The translations under genes were made by a program, and so were the position numbers. DNA of 64,000 nucleotides. It comes from Nitrospirota bacterium. GTDB lineage: Bacteria; Nitrospirota; UBA9217. Of the stretch, positions 40,893-50,955 are shown one piece after another. The notes under the pieces were generated by a model. That model made no database searches. It worked only from the letters and a program-made list of their open reading frames with translations, and was not told the DNA's origin. Location of the stretch: NCBI GenBank assembly GCA_963796285.1, contig CAWCKW010000012.1:1600001-1664000 (forward strand), given 5' to 3'. Each line of letters opens with the position of its first letter. The stretch's first letter is position 1.

Positions 40893-42656
40893 CTACTTTG
40901 TCGAATAACTTATCAGGCGATAGTGGTCGGCCGCGAACAGCCCGCCGGGTGTCATCACGATCGCCAGGACCTGTGCGCCCGATCCCTGCTGCCGGACAAT
41001 CTGATAATCCAGGACCGCGCCCGGGATGTCCTTGATGTTCCAACGCTGCTCGAGCCTGGCGCCTGTCCAACCAAGGTCGATGAACTCGGCCTCTTTGTGC
41101 CTGCTCAGAAACGTCGCGCCGATGTTCTTCGGAACCAGGACCTCATCTTTGCCGTCTCCGTTCAGGTCAACGGCAAATACCCGTCCTCTGATCTTCACCT
41201 TCCGGGATTTGTCGATCTCATCCGACGGTGAAAGCATGGCATCGATTCCGGTCAACGGTTTTATCACTGTCGTACCGACTGTTGGATACGTTTCCTCGCT
41301 CTTCCAGATACTCACCTCGTTGGAGTACACCTTCAACTGGTCATTGTCGTCGAGCGCAACAAGAAGAGGATTGGCCTCTCCCGCATCGGCATACGCGAAT
41401 CCGTAAAGATCCACCCCTTTCGGCAACGGGAACGCCGCCGTGGGAACATATTTCCCGTCAAGCCAGACATATTGTTTCGGCTGCCCTGCAGTGAACGAGA
41501 CCGGATTGTACCCCCGGCCGATCAGTATGCTCCCTTTCCGGGGAGAGGCGACCACCCGGAGGAACCCCGGTAGGTCGGCGATCCGTTGATAGACACCGTC
41601 CTTGAACTCTATGACGTAGGAAATGACCGTGCCATTCAGCATGCCGGTCACGAAGATCTCCGGCCTGCCGTTGCCGTTGATGTCCGCTACGTCGATATTG
41701 AAGTGCAGCATTTCGCTGGGGGGGTAGGCTATGGTCTCGACCCATTCCTCACGCCATCCCGAAGGCCACTGTTTGAAGATATGGAGCTTCGCGCCGTCGG
41801 AGAAGACATACTGCAGCGAGCCGGTCCCTTCCAGGTCGGCGGCAGCGAAGAGCCGGGCATTGAAGCTCAGCTCCAGAATGTTACTTTTCACCTCTTTCTG
41901 CGGAGCGAAGAACGGATTGACCTCCCCGAGGGCGTCCCGTTTGGTCCTGAGATCCAGCAGGGCCACGATCGTATCAAGCGGTCTGGCATCATCGGCGTAG
42001 AATATTCCCGTGGTCACCAGATACTTGCTGTCCGAGGGGTGGACCTCGACCGTCAGGACCACATCGAGACCGAAGGTCTTTCCCATCTCACTGATCAGGG
42101 AGGCGTCCCGCTGTTTTCTATCGTTCAGGAACGCCGCCCCTTTTTCACTGTCAAGCACGGTGAACCTGTTGCTTTCCTTTAAACGCTCTGCAAGTCCCTG
42201 GATGATCTCGGGATGTTCCGCCCGAAGGGGAATAATGCCGAGTGCTAACTTCTTCGGCGTGATCCGCGCCTTGTCTCCCGCCTTCGGCTCCTTCAGTTTT
42301 TTCGTCAGCACGCCGGTGGACGTCGTTTCGCCCACAGCGGTCACCTCGAGGCTGCCGACCTCTTCCTCAATATGGCCGATCACGACCTTCGTCACCGGGT
42401 GGAGGATTTCCTTGCCGTCCGTCCAGACCGTAAGGAGAACGCCCTTCTGAAGACCATCCTTTGTCCCCAGCGCTATCGTAAGCTGGTCACCCGCTACGGT
42501 CTTCACCTCACCCTGGACCGGGGGAAAGTATGACGAGATCGCGGTCGCAAGCTGGTCCACCGAGGTATATTCCTTCATGCCGAGCGGCTTATCCGCAGCA
42601 ATCGCGCCGGTGACAAGCGATAGGCTAAGCAGGCACTGTATGATCACGTTTCTCAT
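40893..42656 (-). CDS. Secreted FG-GAP/VCBS-repeat protein
   Basis: Signal peptide; ADLEGTG, ADINGNGRPEI and VDLNGDGKDEV Ca-binding loops. Confidence 0.75.
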   Translation of the reverse strand: MRNVIIQCLLSLSLVTGAIAADKPLGMKEYTSVDQLATAISSYFPPVQGEVKTVAGDQLTIALGTKDGLQKGVLLTVWTDGKEILHPVTKVVIGHIEEEVGSLEVTAVGETTSTGVLTKKLKEPKAGDKARITPKKLALGIIPLRAEHPEIIQGLAERLKESNRFTVLDSEKGAAFLNDRKQRDASLISEMGKTFGLDVVLTVEVHPSDSKYLVTTGIFYADDARPLDTIVALLDLRTKRDALGEVNPFFAPQKEVKSNILELSFNARLFAAADLEGTGSLQYVFSDGAKLHIFKQWPSGWREEWVETIAYPPSEMLHFNIDVADINGNGRPEIFVTGMLNGTVISYVIEFKDGVYQRIADLPGFLRVVASPRKGSILIGRGYNPVSFTAGQPKQYVWLDGKYVPTAAFPLPKGVDLYGFAYADAGEANPLLVALDDNDQLKVYSNEVSIWKSEETYPTVGTTVIKPLTGIDAMLSPSDEIDKSRKVKIRGRVFAVDLNGDGKDEVLVPKNIGATFLSRHKEAEFIDLGWTGARLEQRWNIKDIPGAVLDYQIVRQQGSGAQVLAIVMTPGGLFAADHYRLISYSTK

Positions 42657-42853
42657 GTTGATGATGACCTCTTTTCTTTTGCGTCATTATTCATTTTGCA
42701 GTAACCACTCAGGAACATAAAACAAACAAAGCCGGTTTACACGCAAGGTCTGAAGCCCTTCTTTGTGCCTTCGTGGCTCAGTGTGGCCCTCTTTTTGGCC
42801 ATTGTGTGAGACAAGCCTGATTAGTATATTTTGCGCGTGCCCATTTTCCCTTA

Positions 42854-45037
42854 TTACTCCACCTTCACCCGTATCTCCACTTCCCAAGACTTTCCCGGCG
42901 GGAGCGAGAGGCGCCAGATCGGCATCACCATCGAGCTCTGGTATACCCGCTCGAACCCCCCCTCGGATTGCGAGACCGTTTCGACCGGCGCACGCCAGAG
43001 GCTTGCGGACAGGGAGAAGGCGAGCGTAAGTTTAAGTTTGAGCCATTCGTCCACGAGGCCCACCTGCTCCACGTCGTTCGTTTCACCACTGGACGCGAGG
43101 TTCCGCTTTTCCAACTGATGTCCCGGGATGTCGTAGTAACGGTCGTGGGCGTTCCCCGCGAGAAGTGAGAAGTTGAACTCGCTGCCGAAGGAAGTGTTGA
43201 GCTCTTCGGCGCTCAGGTTCTCGAGCTCATAGCGCACAATAAATTCCGATGCGGCCCGGTGCAGGGAGATCTCTTTTCTGAGCCGGATTGCGAGACCGAC
43301 AACATTCCCGCGGCGCTCCAGGACAAGCGTTGCAACCTCCGCCTGTTTTCTCTGCTTCAGGTCGTAGGCGCCGAGCACAAAATCGCCCGCCTCGTAGTAT
43401 TCGGACCGCATGAAACTCGCAAGGTCGACGCCGGACTCGAGGAAATGATCGATGAGGGACCCCCGCTTGTACAGGTCGTACAGGAGGTGGTATTCGAGCC
43501 CTTCCTCTTTTACCACCACGCGATCATGGATCGTCCTTGCGACGCAGGCGTCCGTGTCCTTGCCCGCTGTGCAGATCCTTTCATGATACCCCTCGCGCCT
43601 GCGCGTGAGCGTGTTCGTAAGGTTGAATGAACGAGGCTTCCAGTCAAACTCCGTGATCCTGCCGCCCTCCGCCGGATCGATGAACAGGTTCATGCGTTCG
43701 GAGTTCAGCATGACCTCCTCACTCCCGTCCCCGTCAAAGTCGCCCTGTTCGATGTCAAGCCAGGATGGCTGAAGACCCGTCTCTTGCTTCTCCTGACCTC
43801 TGACCCCTGACCCCTGACCCTTGAATACCGTGTCCGCAAGGACCTCCGCCTGTATCAAATGCTCATACACCGCAGAGCGTAAATGCGGCAAATAGAGTCC
43901 GCCGAACACGCCGTGCCAGTACGAATCATTGCACTGAGACTGATAGAGATGGTCGAGCATCCGCACTGCCCCGTCATTGCGCGTCGCGCCCTGCGCGTCA
44001 AGCGCATCGAGCGCTTCGTGGACCTTCCGGCTAACCATCACCATCCGCTTGTGCATGTGGTTGCTCTCGGGGTACTTTGCCAGAAAGTTCCGCCAGAACC
44101 CTCCCTTGATGAAGGGCCTGACGCCCGCAAACTCGGGGGACCCTTTTACCTTTGCCAGTGCGTCGCCGTATTCCTTCATGGCGCGCGTCGGGAGCGCCCA
44201 TTCGCCCATTTCCATGTACGAAGCCGTGGGGAGATAGATCATGCCGCGCGGAGGTTCCCTTGTCAGGTACTCGGAAAAGGTGGTGGTCTCAAGCCATTCG
44301 CTGTTCTGTTCCAGAAGCGTGAAGAAGCGCTCGAGCCAGCCCTCCTCATACACAGAGTGATACGTCTCGGGCCAGATGCCGAATTTTTCGCCGTCATCAG
44401 CCATCGTCACCAGCCTGTTCCTCTCCGTGGAGCGGAGTCCGGATAAAAAAGCGATGGTCTCTTCGGGCGGCTGGAACGGGATCAGGTATCGGAGCCTCTC
44501 GCTTCCCGGGAAGATGCGCAGAACGCTGTTTTGCTCCTCGGTGAGAAAATACCCGTCAAGTTCATCGTCATGAAGCCCGGCCATCTTGAAATGAAAATCA
44601 TCGACAACCACATGATTGATTCCCGCCGCTACAATGGTTTTGGGAAGCTGGGGTTCCCAGACCCGTTCAGCGAGCCACAGGCCCTGCGCATCGTAGCCCA
44701 GCACGCGCTCGATGTAGTCCGTGAGCGCACGGACCTGGCCTATCTTGTCTTCATCGGGCAGTACGGAGAGGATCGGCTCGTAAAATCCACCGGAGAGGAT
44801 CTCGGCCCTGCCCTCATTCACAAGATTCTTGAGCATGTCGATGAACTCAGGATGGTGTTGTTCGAAATAATGGTAAAGGGTCCCGGTGTAATGCAGCGTG
44901 ATCTTGAGAGATGGATGGCGCTCAAGCACCTTGATAAAGGGCAGATACGCTTTCTGATAGGCGTCCTCAGCCACGAAATCGAAATTGCCGACCGGCTGGT
45001 GATTGTGAATGGCAAAGATGAATTGTACTTTCGGCAT
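42854..45037 (-). CDS. GH57 4-alpha-glucanotransferase/alpha-amylase
   Basis: HNHQPVGN, GFYEPIL, WLAERVWEP, DDGEKFG, ASYMEM, QCNDSYWHGVFGGLY. Confidence 0.93.
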   Translation of the reverse strand: MPKVQFIFAIHNHQPVGNFDFVAEDAYQKAYLPFIKVLERHPSLKITLHYTGTLYHYFEQHHPEFIDMLKNLVNEGRAEILSGGFYEPILSVLPDEDKIGQVRALTDYIERVLGYDAQGLWLAERVWEPQLPKTIVAAGINHVVVDDFHFKMAGLHDDELDGYFLTEEQNSVLRIFPGSERLRYLIPFQPPEETIAFLSGLRSTERNRLVTMADDGEKFGIWPETYHSVYEEGWLERFFTLLEQNSEWLETTTFSEYLTREPPRGMIYLPTASYMEMGEWALPTRAMKEYGDALAKVKGSPEFAGVRPFIKGGFWRNFLAKYPESNHMHKRMVMVSRKVHEALDALDAQGATRNDGAVRMLDHLYQSQCNDSYWHGVFGGLYLPHLRSAVYEHLIQAEVLADTVFKGQGSGVRGQEKQETGLQPSWLDIEQGDFDGDGSEEVMLNSERMNLFIDPAEGGRITEFDWKPRSFNLTNTLTRRREGYHERICTAGKDTDACVARTIHDRVVVKEEGLEYHLLYDLYKRGSLIDHFLESGVDLASFMRSEYYEAGDFVLGAYDLKQRKQAEVATLVLERRGNVVGLAIRLRKEISLHRAASEFIVRYELENLSAEELNTSFGSEFNFSLLAGNAHDRYYDIPGHQLEKRNLASSGETNDVEQVGLVDEWLKLKLTLAFSLSASLWRAPVETVSQSEGGFERVYQSSMVMPIWRLSLPPGKSWEVEIRVKVE
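43792..43820. repeat. Four CCTGACC heptamers inside the GH57 CDS
   Basis: CCTGACC TCTGACC CCTGACC CCTGACC, translated in the gene frame as GQGSGVRGQ. Confidence 0.75.
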
Positions 45038-45280
45038 CCCGTTGAAACCCTTTGTTTTCCTGATATTTTCGATGAGAATACAGACTGGAATATTAGCCTT
45101 GTGGCCGCGAAAAGTCAATCGAAAACAGGAAAATGAACGTTGTTGCGGCTAGATCAAGACGAGCAACAGAGATTCACAAACACGAAGGCATCGGCAACCG
45201 CTTTTTTCTGCGGCCGCGCGGAAGGAAACCACTGGTAGTCAGTTGCAGATCAGATTCTTAAAAAACTGGGAAGAATCTTT

Positions 45281-45373
45281 ACCGCAAGGACGCAAAGGTC
45301 GCGAAGAAAGACAAATGATTTATGATTAAAACTAGGAATGAAAGGGTTTCTTGGCGTTCTTTGCGTCTTTGCG
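45281..45373. repeat. Triple-CGCnRAG palindromic element
   Basis: CCGCAAGG ACGCAAAG GTCGCGAAG ... CTTGGCGTT CTTTGCGT CTTTGCG. Confidence 0.8.
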
Positions 45374-45462
45374 AGAAAACGAATTTTTTTTTATTCCGCT
45401 TTGTCCGGATTAGGAATAAGAGTATTGTGAACAGAGAACCTGCGATAAGCATTTAACTTGTC

Positions 45463-46194
45463 TTATCCCGTCCTCTTCACCAGCCTGCCTGCAAGGGAGA
45501 AGAAGATGACCGTATATGCCGCGAGCACGATCACGGACCCCGGGGAGGGATCATTGCCCGATGCAAGCGCGCGTAGCAGGATGCTTGCGTGCGTAAGCGG
45601 GTAGATAAGGATCGCGGTGTGGAAGGGTTCCGGCAATTTGTCAGGCGAAAAGAACGTGCCTGCCAAAAACGACATGGGAAGGATGAAAAAACTGTTGAAG
45701 TTCGCCATGTCCTCGTGCGTGCGTGTGACCATGGCCGCAGCCACGCCTGCTGCGCCGAAACAGAATGCCGTAAGCGACAACACCGTGAAAAAAGAAATGG
45801 ACAAGTGCAGGTGCACGCCGGAAACCAGCCCGACCAGTATGAGCATAAGCGCCGAGAAGAGCCCGCGTGCGAAGCCCGTCAGCGTCCTGCCGAGAGTGAT
45901 GTCCCACGGACTGACCGGCGAGACGAGCACTTCCTCGAGCGTCTTGGTATAAAGCTTGCTGATATTGAGCGACGCTGAGACGGAGCTGAAGCTGTTGTTC
46001 ATGGCCGAGAGTGCGAGGATACCGGGCAGGACGAACTCGAGGTACGTGCCTCCGCCCAGGTTCATGCCCCTGCCGAGGCCCCAGCCGAAGGTCACCAGGT
46101 AGAGGACAGGCATGACCAGGCTCGAGGCAAGGAACCTCCAGGGCTTCTTGCGAATGAGCATCATCTCTTTCCATAGTATGGGGTAGAAGTTCAT
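45463..46194 (-). CDS. ABC-2 type exporter permease
   Basis: About six TM segments, YLEFVLPGI, LEEVLVSPV, PMSFLAGTFF, PLTH. Confidence 0.9.
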   Translation of the reverse strand: MNFYPILWKEMMLIRKKPWRFLASSLVMPVLYLVTFGWGLGRGMNLGGGTYLEFVLPGILALSAMNNSFSSVSASLNISKLYTKTLEEVLVSPVSPWDITLGRTLTGFARGLFSALMLILVGLVSGVHLHLSISFFTVLSLTAFCFGAAGVAAAMVTRTHEDMANFNSFFILPMSFLAGTFFSPDKLPEPFHTAILIYPLTHASILLRALASGNDPSPGSVIVLAAYTVIFFSLAGRLVKRTG

Positions 46195-46262
46195 AGTTAA
46201 GACCTTATGCTATTTCTCGTCAGAACTTGACATGTTCGCGCGAATGTTTGCCATTGAATAGA

Positions 46263-46344
46263 CCCCTCACCCCAGCCCTCTCCCGCAAGGGGCGAAGGAG
46301 GTTTGCATCCTCTCCCCAACGAGGGAGAGGACCGAGGTGAGGGG
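46263..46344. repeat. REP-like branched palindrome CCCCTCACCC..CCTCTCCC
   Basis: Outer stem CCCCTCACC/GGTGAGGGG enclosing two CCTCTCCC-loop-GGGAGAGG-type hairpins. Confidence 0.75.
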
Positions 46345-46410
46345 GGATTGGTTGCGGCCAAAAGCCGCGCTATGTAACCACGGATGAACACCGATAAAAT
46401 CTCACTAACG

Positions 46411-46442
46411 CTGGATTCCCGATAGGACTGTTCGGGAATGAC
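46411..46442. repeat. REP-like hairpin CTGGATTCCCG...CGGGAATGAC
   Basis: ATTCCCGA-N10-TCGGGAAT stem with CTGG and GAC flanks. Confidence 0.6.
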
Positions 46443-46477
46443 ACTGCTTAAACATTGCATGTGAAGGCTCTTTTCGT

Positions 46478-46519
46478 TCTACTCCGCACTCCTCACTCCG
46501 AACTCCGAACTCGCAACTC
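46478..46519. repeat. Heptamer tract (ACTCCGC/ACTCCTC/ACTCCGA)
   Basis: About five tandem 7-mers abutting the ABC ATPase stop codon. Confidence 0.7.
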
Positions 46520-47375
46520 ATCCCTCGATCCTCTCACCCGTCATATTTATGAATACATCTTCGAGCGTGACGTCCCGCAGCATGAAATCAGTGCACATAT
46601 CGCGGCTGGCATCGACCGCTTTCTCCCGCGTTTGATAAAATTGTCGCGGCACATCATGCCTCCCTATGCACTCGAGGGTGAACTTGCCGACGCTTGCCTT
46701 GAGCACTGCGGGCTTTTCCAACGCGATGATCTTGCCGGCGCGCATGATCGCCACCCGGTCGCAGAGTGCGTCCGCCTCTTCGATATAGTGCGTGGTGAGC
46801 AGGATCGTGATATTGCTCCGCTTCAGCGCTTCGATCAATCCCCAGATCAACCTTCGCGCCTGCGGGTCCAGCCCGACCGTCGGTTCGTCCATGAATATGA
46901 CCTCGGGCCGGTGCATGAGCCCCCGCGCGATCAGGAGCCTCCTGCGCATGCCGCCGGAGAGGTGTTCCACCGGCGTGTCCTTCCTGTCCCAGAGCCCGAC
47001 GAAACGCAGCAGTTCTTCGCTTCGCGCGTCCCGGTCCGCGGGATCCATCTTGTAAAGCCTGCCATGGAACTCCAGGTTCTCCGCACAGGTGAGATCGATA
47101 TCGAGGTTCAGCATCTGCGGGACCACACCGATCGAACGTTTGACACGGAGAGGATCATTGGTCACGTCATACCCCGCTACCGACGCACTACCCGACGTGG
47201 GTTTCAAGAGCGTGGTCAGCATGCGGATCGTCGTGGTCTTCCCCGCGCCATTCGGGCCGAGCAGGCCAAAGACCTCTCCCTTGCCAACGGAGAAGCTGAT
47301 GGACTGGACCGCGCCGAGAGTGCCGAAATATTTTGTGAGATTAGCGGTTTCGATCATATTTTCGGAATAATCCAC
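46518..47375 (-). CDS. ABC exporter ATP-binding protein (DrrA/NodI-like)
   Basis: GPNGAGKTT, LSGGMRRR, MDEPTVGLD, TTHY. Confidence 0.93.
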   Translation of the reverse strand: MDYSENMIETANLTKYFGTLGAVQSISFSVGKGEVFGLLGPNGAGKTTTIRMLTTLLKPTSGSASVAGYDVTNDPLRVKRSIGVVPQMLNLDIDLTCAENLEFHGRLYKMDPADRDARSEELLRFVGLWDRKDTPVEHLSGGMRRRLLIARGLMHRPEVIFMDEPTVGLDPQARRLIWGLIEALKRSNITILLTTHYIEEADALCDRVAIMRAGKIIALEKPAVLKASVGKFTLECIGRHDVPRQFYQTREKAVDASRDMCTDFMLRDVTLEDVFINMTGERIEG

Positions 47376-47434
47376 AATGCAACATTATCGGAGAACAGCG
47401 CTGATACTTGATGCCATTAAAAAGGTCACGATCC

Positions 47435-47513
47435 ACCGCAGAGACGCGGAGACACGGAGAACTGCATTTTGAAAAGAATAAAGATTTTCTCTGCGCCTCA
47501 GCGTCTCGGCGGT
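47435..47513. repeat. Triple-CGCnRAG palindromic element
   Basis: CCGCAGAG ACGCGGAG ACACGGAG ... CTCTGCGC CTCAGCGT CTCGGCGG. Confidence 0.8.
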
Positions 47514-47562
47514 TTAATTCGACTTATTGCAATTTCATCAAACTTACTAAAATGCTAAAAAA

Positions 47563-48948
47563 TTAGTCTTCCGTCTCAATCCCCAGCGCCTTGATCTTTC
47601 GGTGCAAGTTGCTCCGCTCCACGTTGATGGCGTCAGCGGTCTTGCTCACGTTCCCGTTGTTCTCACGAAGTTTTTGTATAATAAACTCGCGCTCGAACTC
47701 CGCGCGGGCGTCCTTGAGCGTTGCAAAACCGTTGTGTATCAGCACTCCAGCATGTCCCTCCCGCCCTTTCTGGCCTGCCTGATCCATGCTGAGAGGAGGC
47801 GGAATATCGGAAAGCCTGATCACGGGGCCGGGGGCCATGATGAGCAACCGCTCGATGATATTGCGGAGCTCGCGTACATTCCCGGGCCATGCATAACGGA
47901 CAAAGAGCGCGAGCGCGCCATCGTCGATGGTCTTCGGCTTCTGTCCGTATTCGTTCGAAAACTCCTGAAGGAAGTGGCGAACCAGGCGCGGGATATCATC
48001 GGACCGCTCGCGGAGCGGAGGAACGTCAAGGGGGATCACATTCAAACGGTAATAGAGGTCCTCGCGGAAAGCGCCTTTTTTGATCTCGTCTAAAAGATTT
48101 TTATTCGACGCAGCGATCACCCGCACGTCCACTTTGATCGTTCGCGTGCCGCCCACGCGCTGGAACTCCTGCCCTTGCAGTACGCGAAGCACCTTGGCCT
48201 GCGTGGCCAGGCTCATGTCCGCGATCTCGTCAAGAAAGATCGTGCCCTTGTCGGCAACCTCGAACTTCCCGCGCTTCATGCCGATCGCGCCGGTGAATGA
48301 CCCCTTTTCGTGCCCGAACAATTCGCTCTCGATCAGTTCCTGCGGGATCGCCGCGCAGTTCACCTCCACGAAGGGCCCGCTGTACCGCTTGCTCGCCCGA
48401 TGGATGGCGCGGGCCACGAGTTCCTTGCCTGTCCCGCTCTCGCCGTGGATCAGCACCCACCCGTTCGTGGGACCGGCAAGCGCGATCTGCTGTTTCAGCG
48501 CGTTGATCTTCTCACTCTCGCCCACGATCACGCTCCGCCGCTCAATGCTCTTTTTAAGGGTCTCATTCTCCTCGCGAAGCCGGAACTCTTCCAGCCCGTG
48601 CTTGACCACCAGGATCAGATGCGCCAGCTCGGGCGGCTTCACCATGAAGTCGTAGGCCCCCATCTTCGTGGTCTTGACCGCTATCTCGATGGTGCCGTGG
48701 CCCGTCACCATGATCACCGGCATATCGGGCCTCATCTCCCGGAACCGCTGGAGAACCTCGATCCCGTCCATCTCTGGCATGGCAATGTCGAGCAGCGCCA
48801 GCGACGGCTGCGTTTCACCCAGCAGTTCGATCCCTTCCCTGCCCGAGGCCGCGGTCACGACGTCATAGCCTTCGTCCCGCATGACATCGGCAAGGCTCTT
48901 GCGCACGCTTTCTTCGTCATCGATTATGAGTATTGTTTCACCTGACAT
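47563..48948 (-). CDS. Sigma54-dependent response regulator (NtrX-like)
   Basis: REC domain, GESGTGKE, ESELFGHEKGSFTGA, WPGNVREL, Fis-type HTH ERSNLHRK. Confidence 0.93.
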   Translation of the reverse strand: MSGETILIIDDEESVRKSLADVMRDEGYDVVTAASGREGIELLGETQPSLALLDIAMPEMDGIEVLQRFREMRPDMPVIMVTGHGTIEIAVKTTKMGAYDFMVKPPELAHLILVVKHGLEEFRLREENETLKKSIERRSVIVGESEKINALKQQIALAGPTNGWVLIHGESGTGKELVARAIHRASKRYSGPFVEVNCAAIPQELIESELFGHEKGSFTGAIGMKRGKFEVADKGTIFLDEIADMSLATQAKVLRVLQGQEFQRVGGTRTIKVDVRVIAASNKNLLDEIKKGAFREDLYYRLNVIPLDVPPLRERSDDIPRLVRHFLQEFSNEYGQKPKTIDDGALALFVRYAWPGNVRELRNIIERLLIMAPGPVIRLSDIPPPLSMDQAGQKGREGHAGVLIHNGFATLKDARAEFEREFIIQKLRENNGNVSKTADAINVERSNLHRKIKALGIETED

Positions 48949-49034
48949 GTCGTTTCCTTATGTACCAAAATTCAAAGTCGCGCGACTTGCACCACATACG
49001 GGTCACGCACTCCTGCTGCATTCTCCAATGAAAT

Positions 49035-49439
49035 TTACGGACAATTCCCCAACCGCTTGGCCTTGACCGTCATATTCATGGTTTGCCCCTGGGTCTGCAT
49101 CTTCATGGTCGAATCGTAGGCATCCCTCGTGTAAACCGTCTCGCCGCTGAAGTCACCGGCATGTTTGCCGGTACATTTCATCTTCCAGGTGACCTTATTG
49201 CCGGACTGTTTTATATCCGTAACAGTACAATTTTTGTCAGTAGTGATGGTTTTTTTCTGATCCTTAACATCTTCCTTGGTGTAGCAGTGCTTTATCGTAG
49301 TTGGTGGCATTGCCATAGGCATACCGGGCATTTCCATAGTGCTGGTCAGTTCCCAGTATCCATCACGCATTACATCGGCAGCAAAGCTGGCAGCCGGAAG
49401 GGCCAAGGCGAATAGAATGGTAATGACGATCTTTTTCAT
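49035..49439 (-). CDS. Secreted DUF3617-like protein
   Basis: Signal peptide, GYWELTSTMEMPGMP, four Cys, ends KRLGNCP. Confidence 0.8.
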   Translation of the reverse strand: MKKIVITILFALALPAASFAADVMRDGYWELTSTMEMPGMPMAMPPTTIKHCYTKEDVKDQKKTITTDKNCTVTDIKQSGNKVTWKMKCTGKHAGDFSGETVYTRDAYDSTMKMQTQGQTMNMTVKAKRLGNCP

Positions 49440-49552
49440 AACTAAACCTCCTTTATGATTCATTTATTTTAACCATTTATTATCTTAACGGAATTGCCCC
49501 GCATTTTTCTCTTGTCGATAACCATGTCCTTGGCTCAGGACCGGCGTCCACT

Positions 49553-50684
49553 CTACACGCCTCTTGTCAAACGTTTCTTCAGCACCTCGACAACGGCATC
49601 GATCTCCGCCTCAGTCGTTTCTCTCCCCAGGCTGAAGCGGATAGCGCCGCGGGCGAGCGCGGGGTCCGTGCCCATGGCGACCAGCACATGCGAAGCATTC
49701 ACCGTACTGCCATGGCACGCTGCGCCGGGAGAAACAGCAATGCCTGTCAAGGCCTCCATGACCGCTATCGAATCGAACCCTTCAAAGCTGATGTTCCAGG
49801 TATTCGGAAGCTTTTTTTCAGGATGGCCGTTCAGATGCACCTTCAGTCCTGCGCGTTTCAGTCCGTCAAACAATCGCTGCCCGAGTTTTATCTGGCGGGG
49901 CCCCTCGGTATCCATGATCTCCGAAGCGACCATGCATGCCGCGCCCAGCCCGACGATAAATGCCGCGTTCTCCGTTCCCGGCCGCAGGCCGCGTTCATGT
50001 CCTGCCCCGTGCATCATCGGCAGAAGTTTGCGTCCGTTTTTGATATACAAAGCGCCGATGCCTTTCGGCGCATAGAACTTGTGGCCTGCCACGGTCAGGA
50101 AATCCACACCAAGGTCATCGACCTGCACGCGCACCTTACCCACGCTCTGCGCAGCATCGGTGTGGAACAGCACGTTACGGGACAGATGCTATCCTGCTCA
50201 GCGCCTTGATATCCTGGATCGTCCCGACCTCGTTGTTCGAATGCATGATCGTAACAAGCGCGGTATTCGGCGTGATCGCCTTTTCGAGGTCAGCAGGATC
50301 CACCATGCCGTATTTATCAACCGGCAGGTACGTTACCGTATACCCGAATCGTTCAAGATTGCGGCAGGGTTCCAGGACTGCGGGATGCTCGATCTGTGAA
50401 GTAATGAAGTGCTTCCCCTTGCCTGCCGCCTTGGCGATCCCCTTGATCACCATGTTGTTCGATTCCGTGGCCCCGCTCGTGAAGATGATCTCCGAGGCCT
50501 CGCACCCCAGGAGCGCCGCGACCCGCTCGCGCGCCTGTTCGATGCCCGCCTTGAGCGCGACGCCGTAGGGATGGCTGCTCGATGGATTGCCGTATTTATT
50601 TTTCAGATACGGCAGCATCTCGTCGAGGACCCTCGGATCGACAGGTGTGCTTGCGTTATAATCGAGATAGATCGGGTTCATCAT
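49553..50684 (-). CDS. NifS/IscS-type cysteine desulfurase (frameshift near 50175)
   Basis: IYLDYNAST, GNPSS, FTSGATE, FHTDAAQ, GHKFYAPKG (PLP Lys), SPGAACH. Confidence 0.93.
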
Positions 50685-50753
50685 AAGATTATCTATTAGC
50701 GAGGCTTCGCTTCAGACCGGCCAGACATGAAACAAACCTGAAACAAAAGCGTC

Positions 50754-50830
50754 TCGCGCAAAGCCGCAAAGGCCGCAAAGGGTAAATCATGAACTCAGCC
50801 TTTCTTGGCGTGCTTGGCGGCTTTGCGCGA
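50754..50830. repeat. Triple-CGCnRAG palindromic element
   Basis: GCGCAAAG CCGCAAAG GCCGCAAAG ... CTTGGCGTG CTTGGCGG CTTTGCGC. Confidence 0.8.
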
Positions 50831-50955
50831 AAATCGATTTTGACTTTGACTTGAAAAAACCTGACTCAAAATTAAATATTTTGGTTTGTAAATTACTTAA
50901 AAGGTTGAACGTGCAATGAAAGACGCGAAAAGATTTTCCCCTTCAATCATAGCTG

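Noticed and set aside
46197-46460. 87-aa ORF containing PSPLAGEGWGEG (also 42687-42887, 30594-30809, 54737-54994)
   Set aside because: These are translations of the palindromic repeat elements, with no evidence that they are genes.
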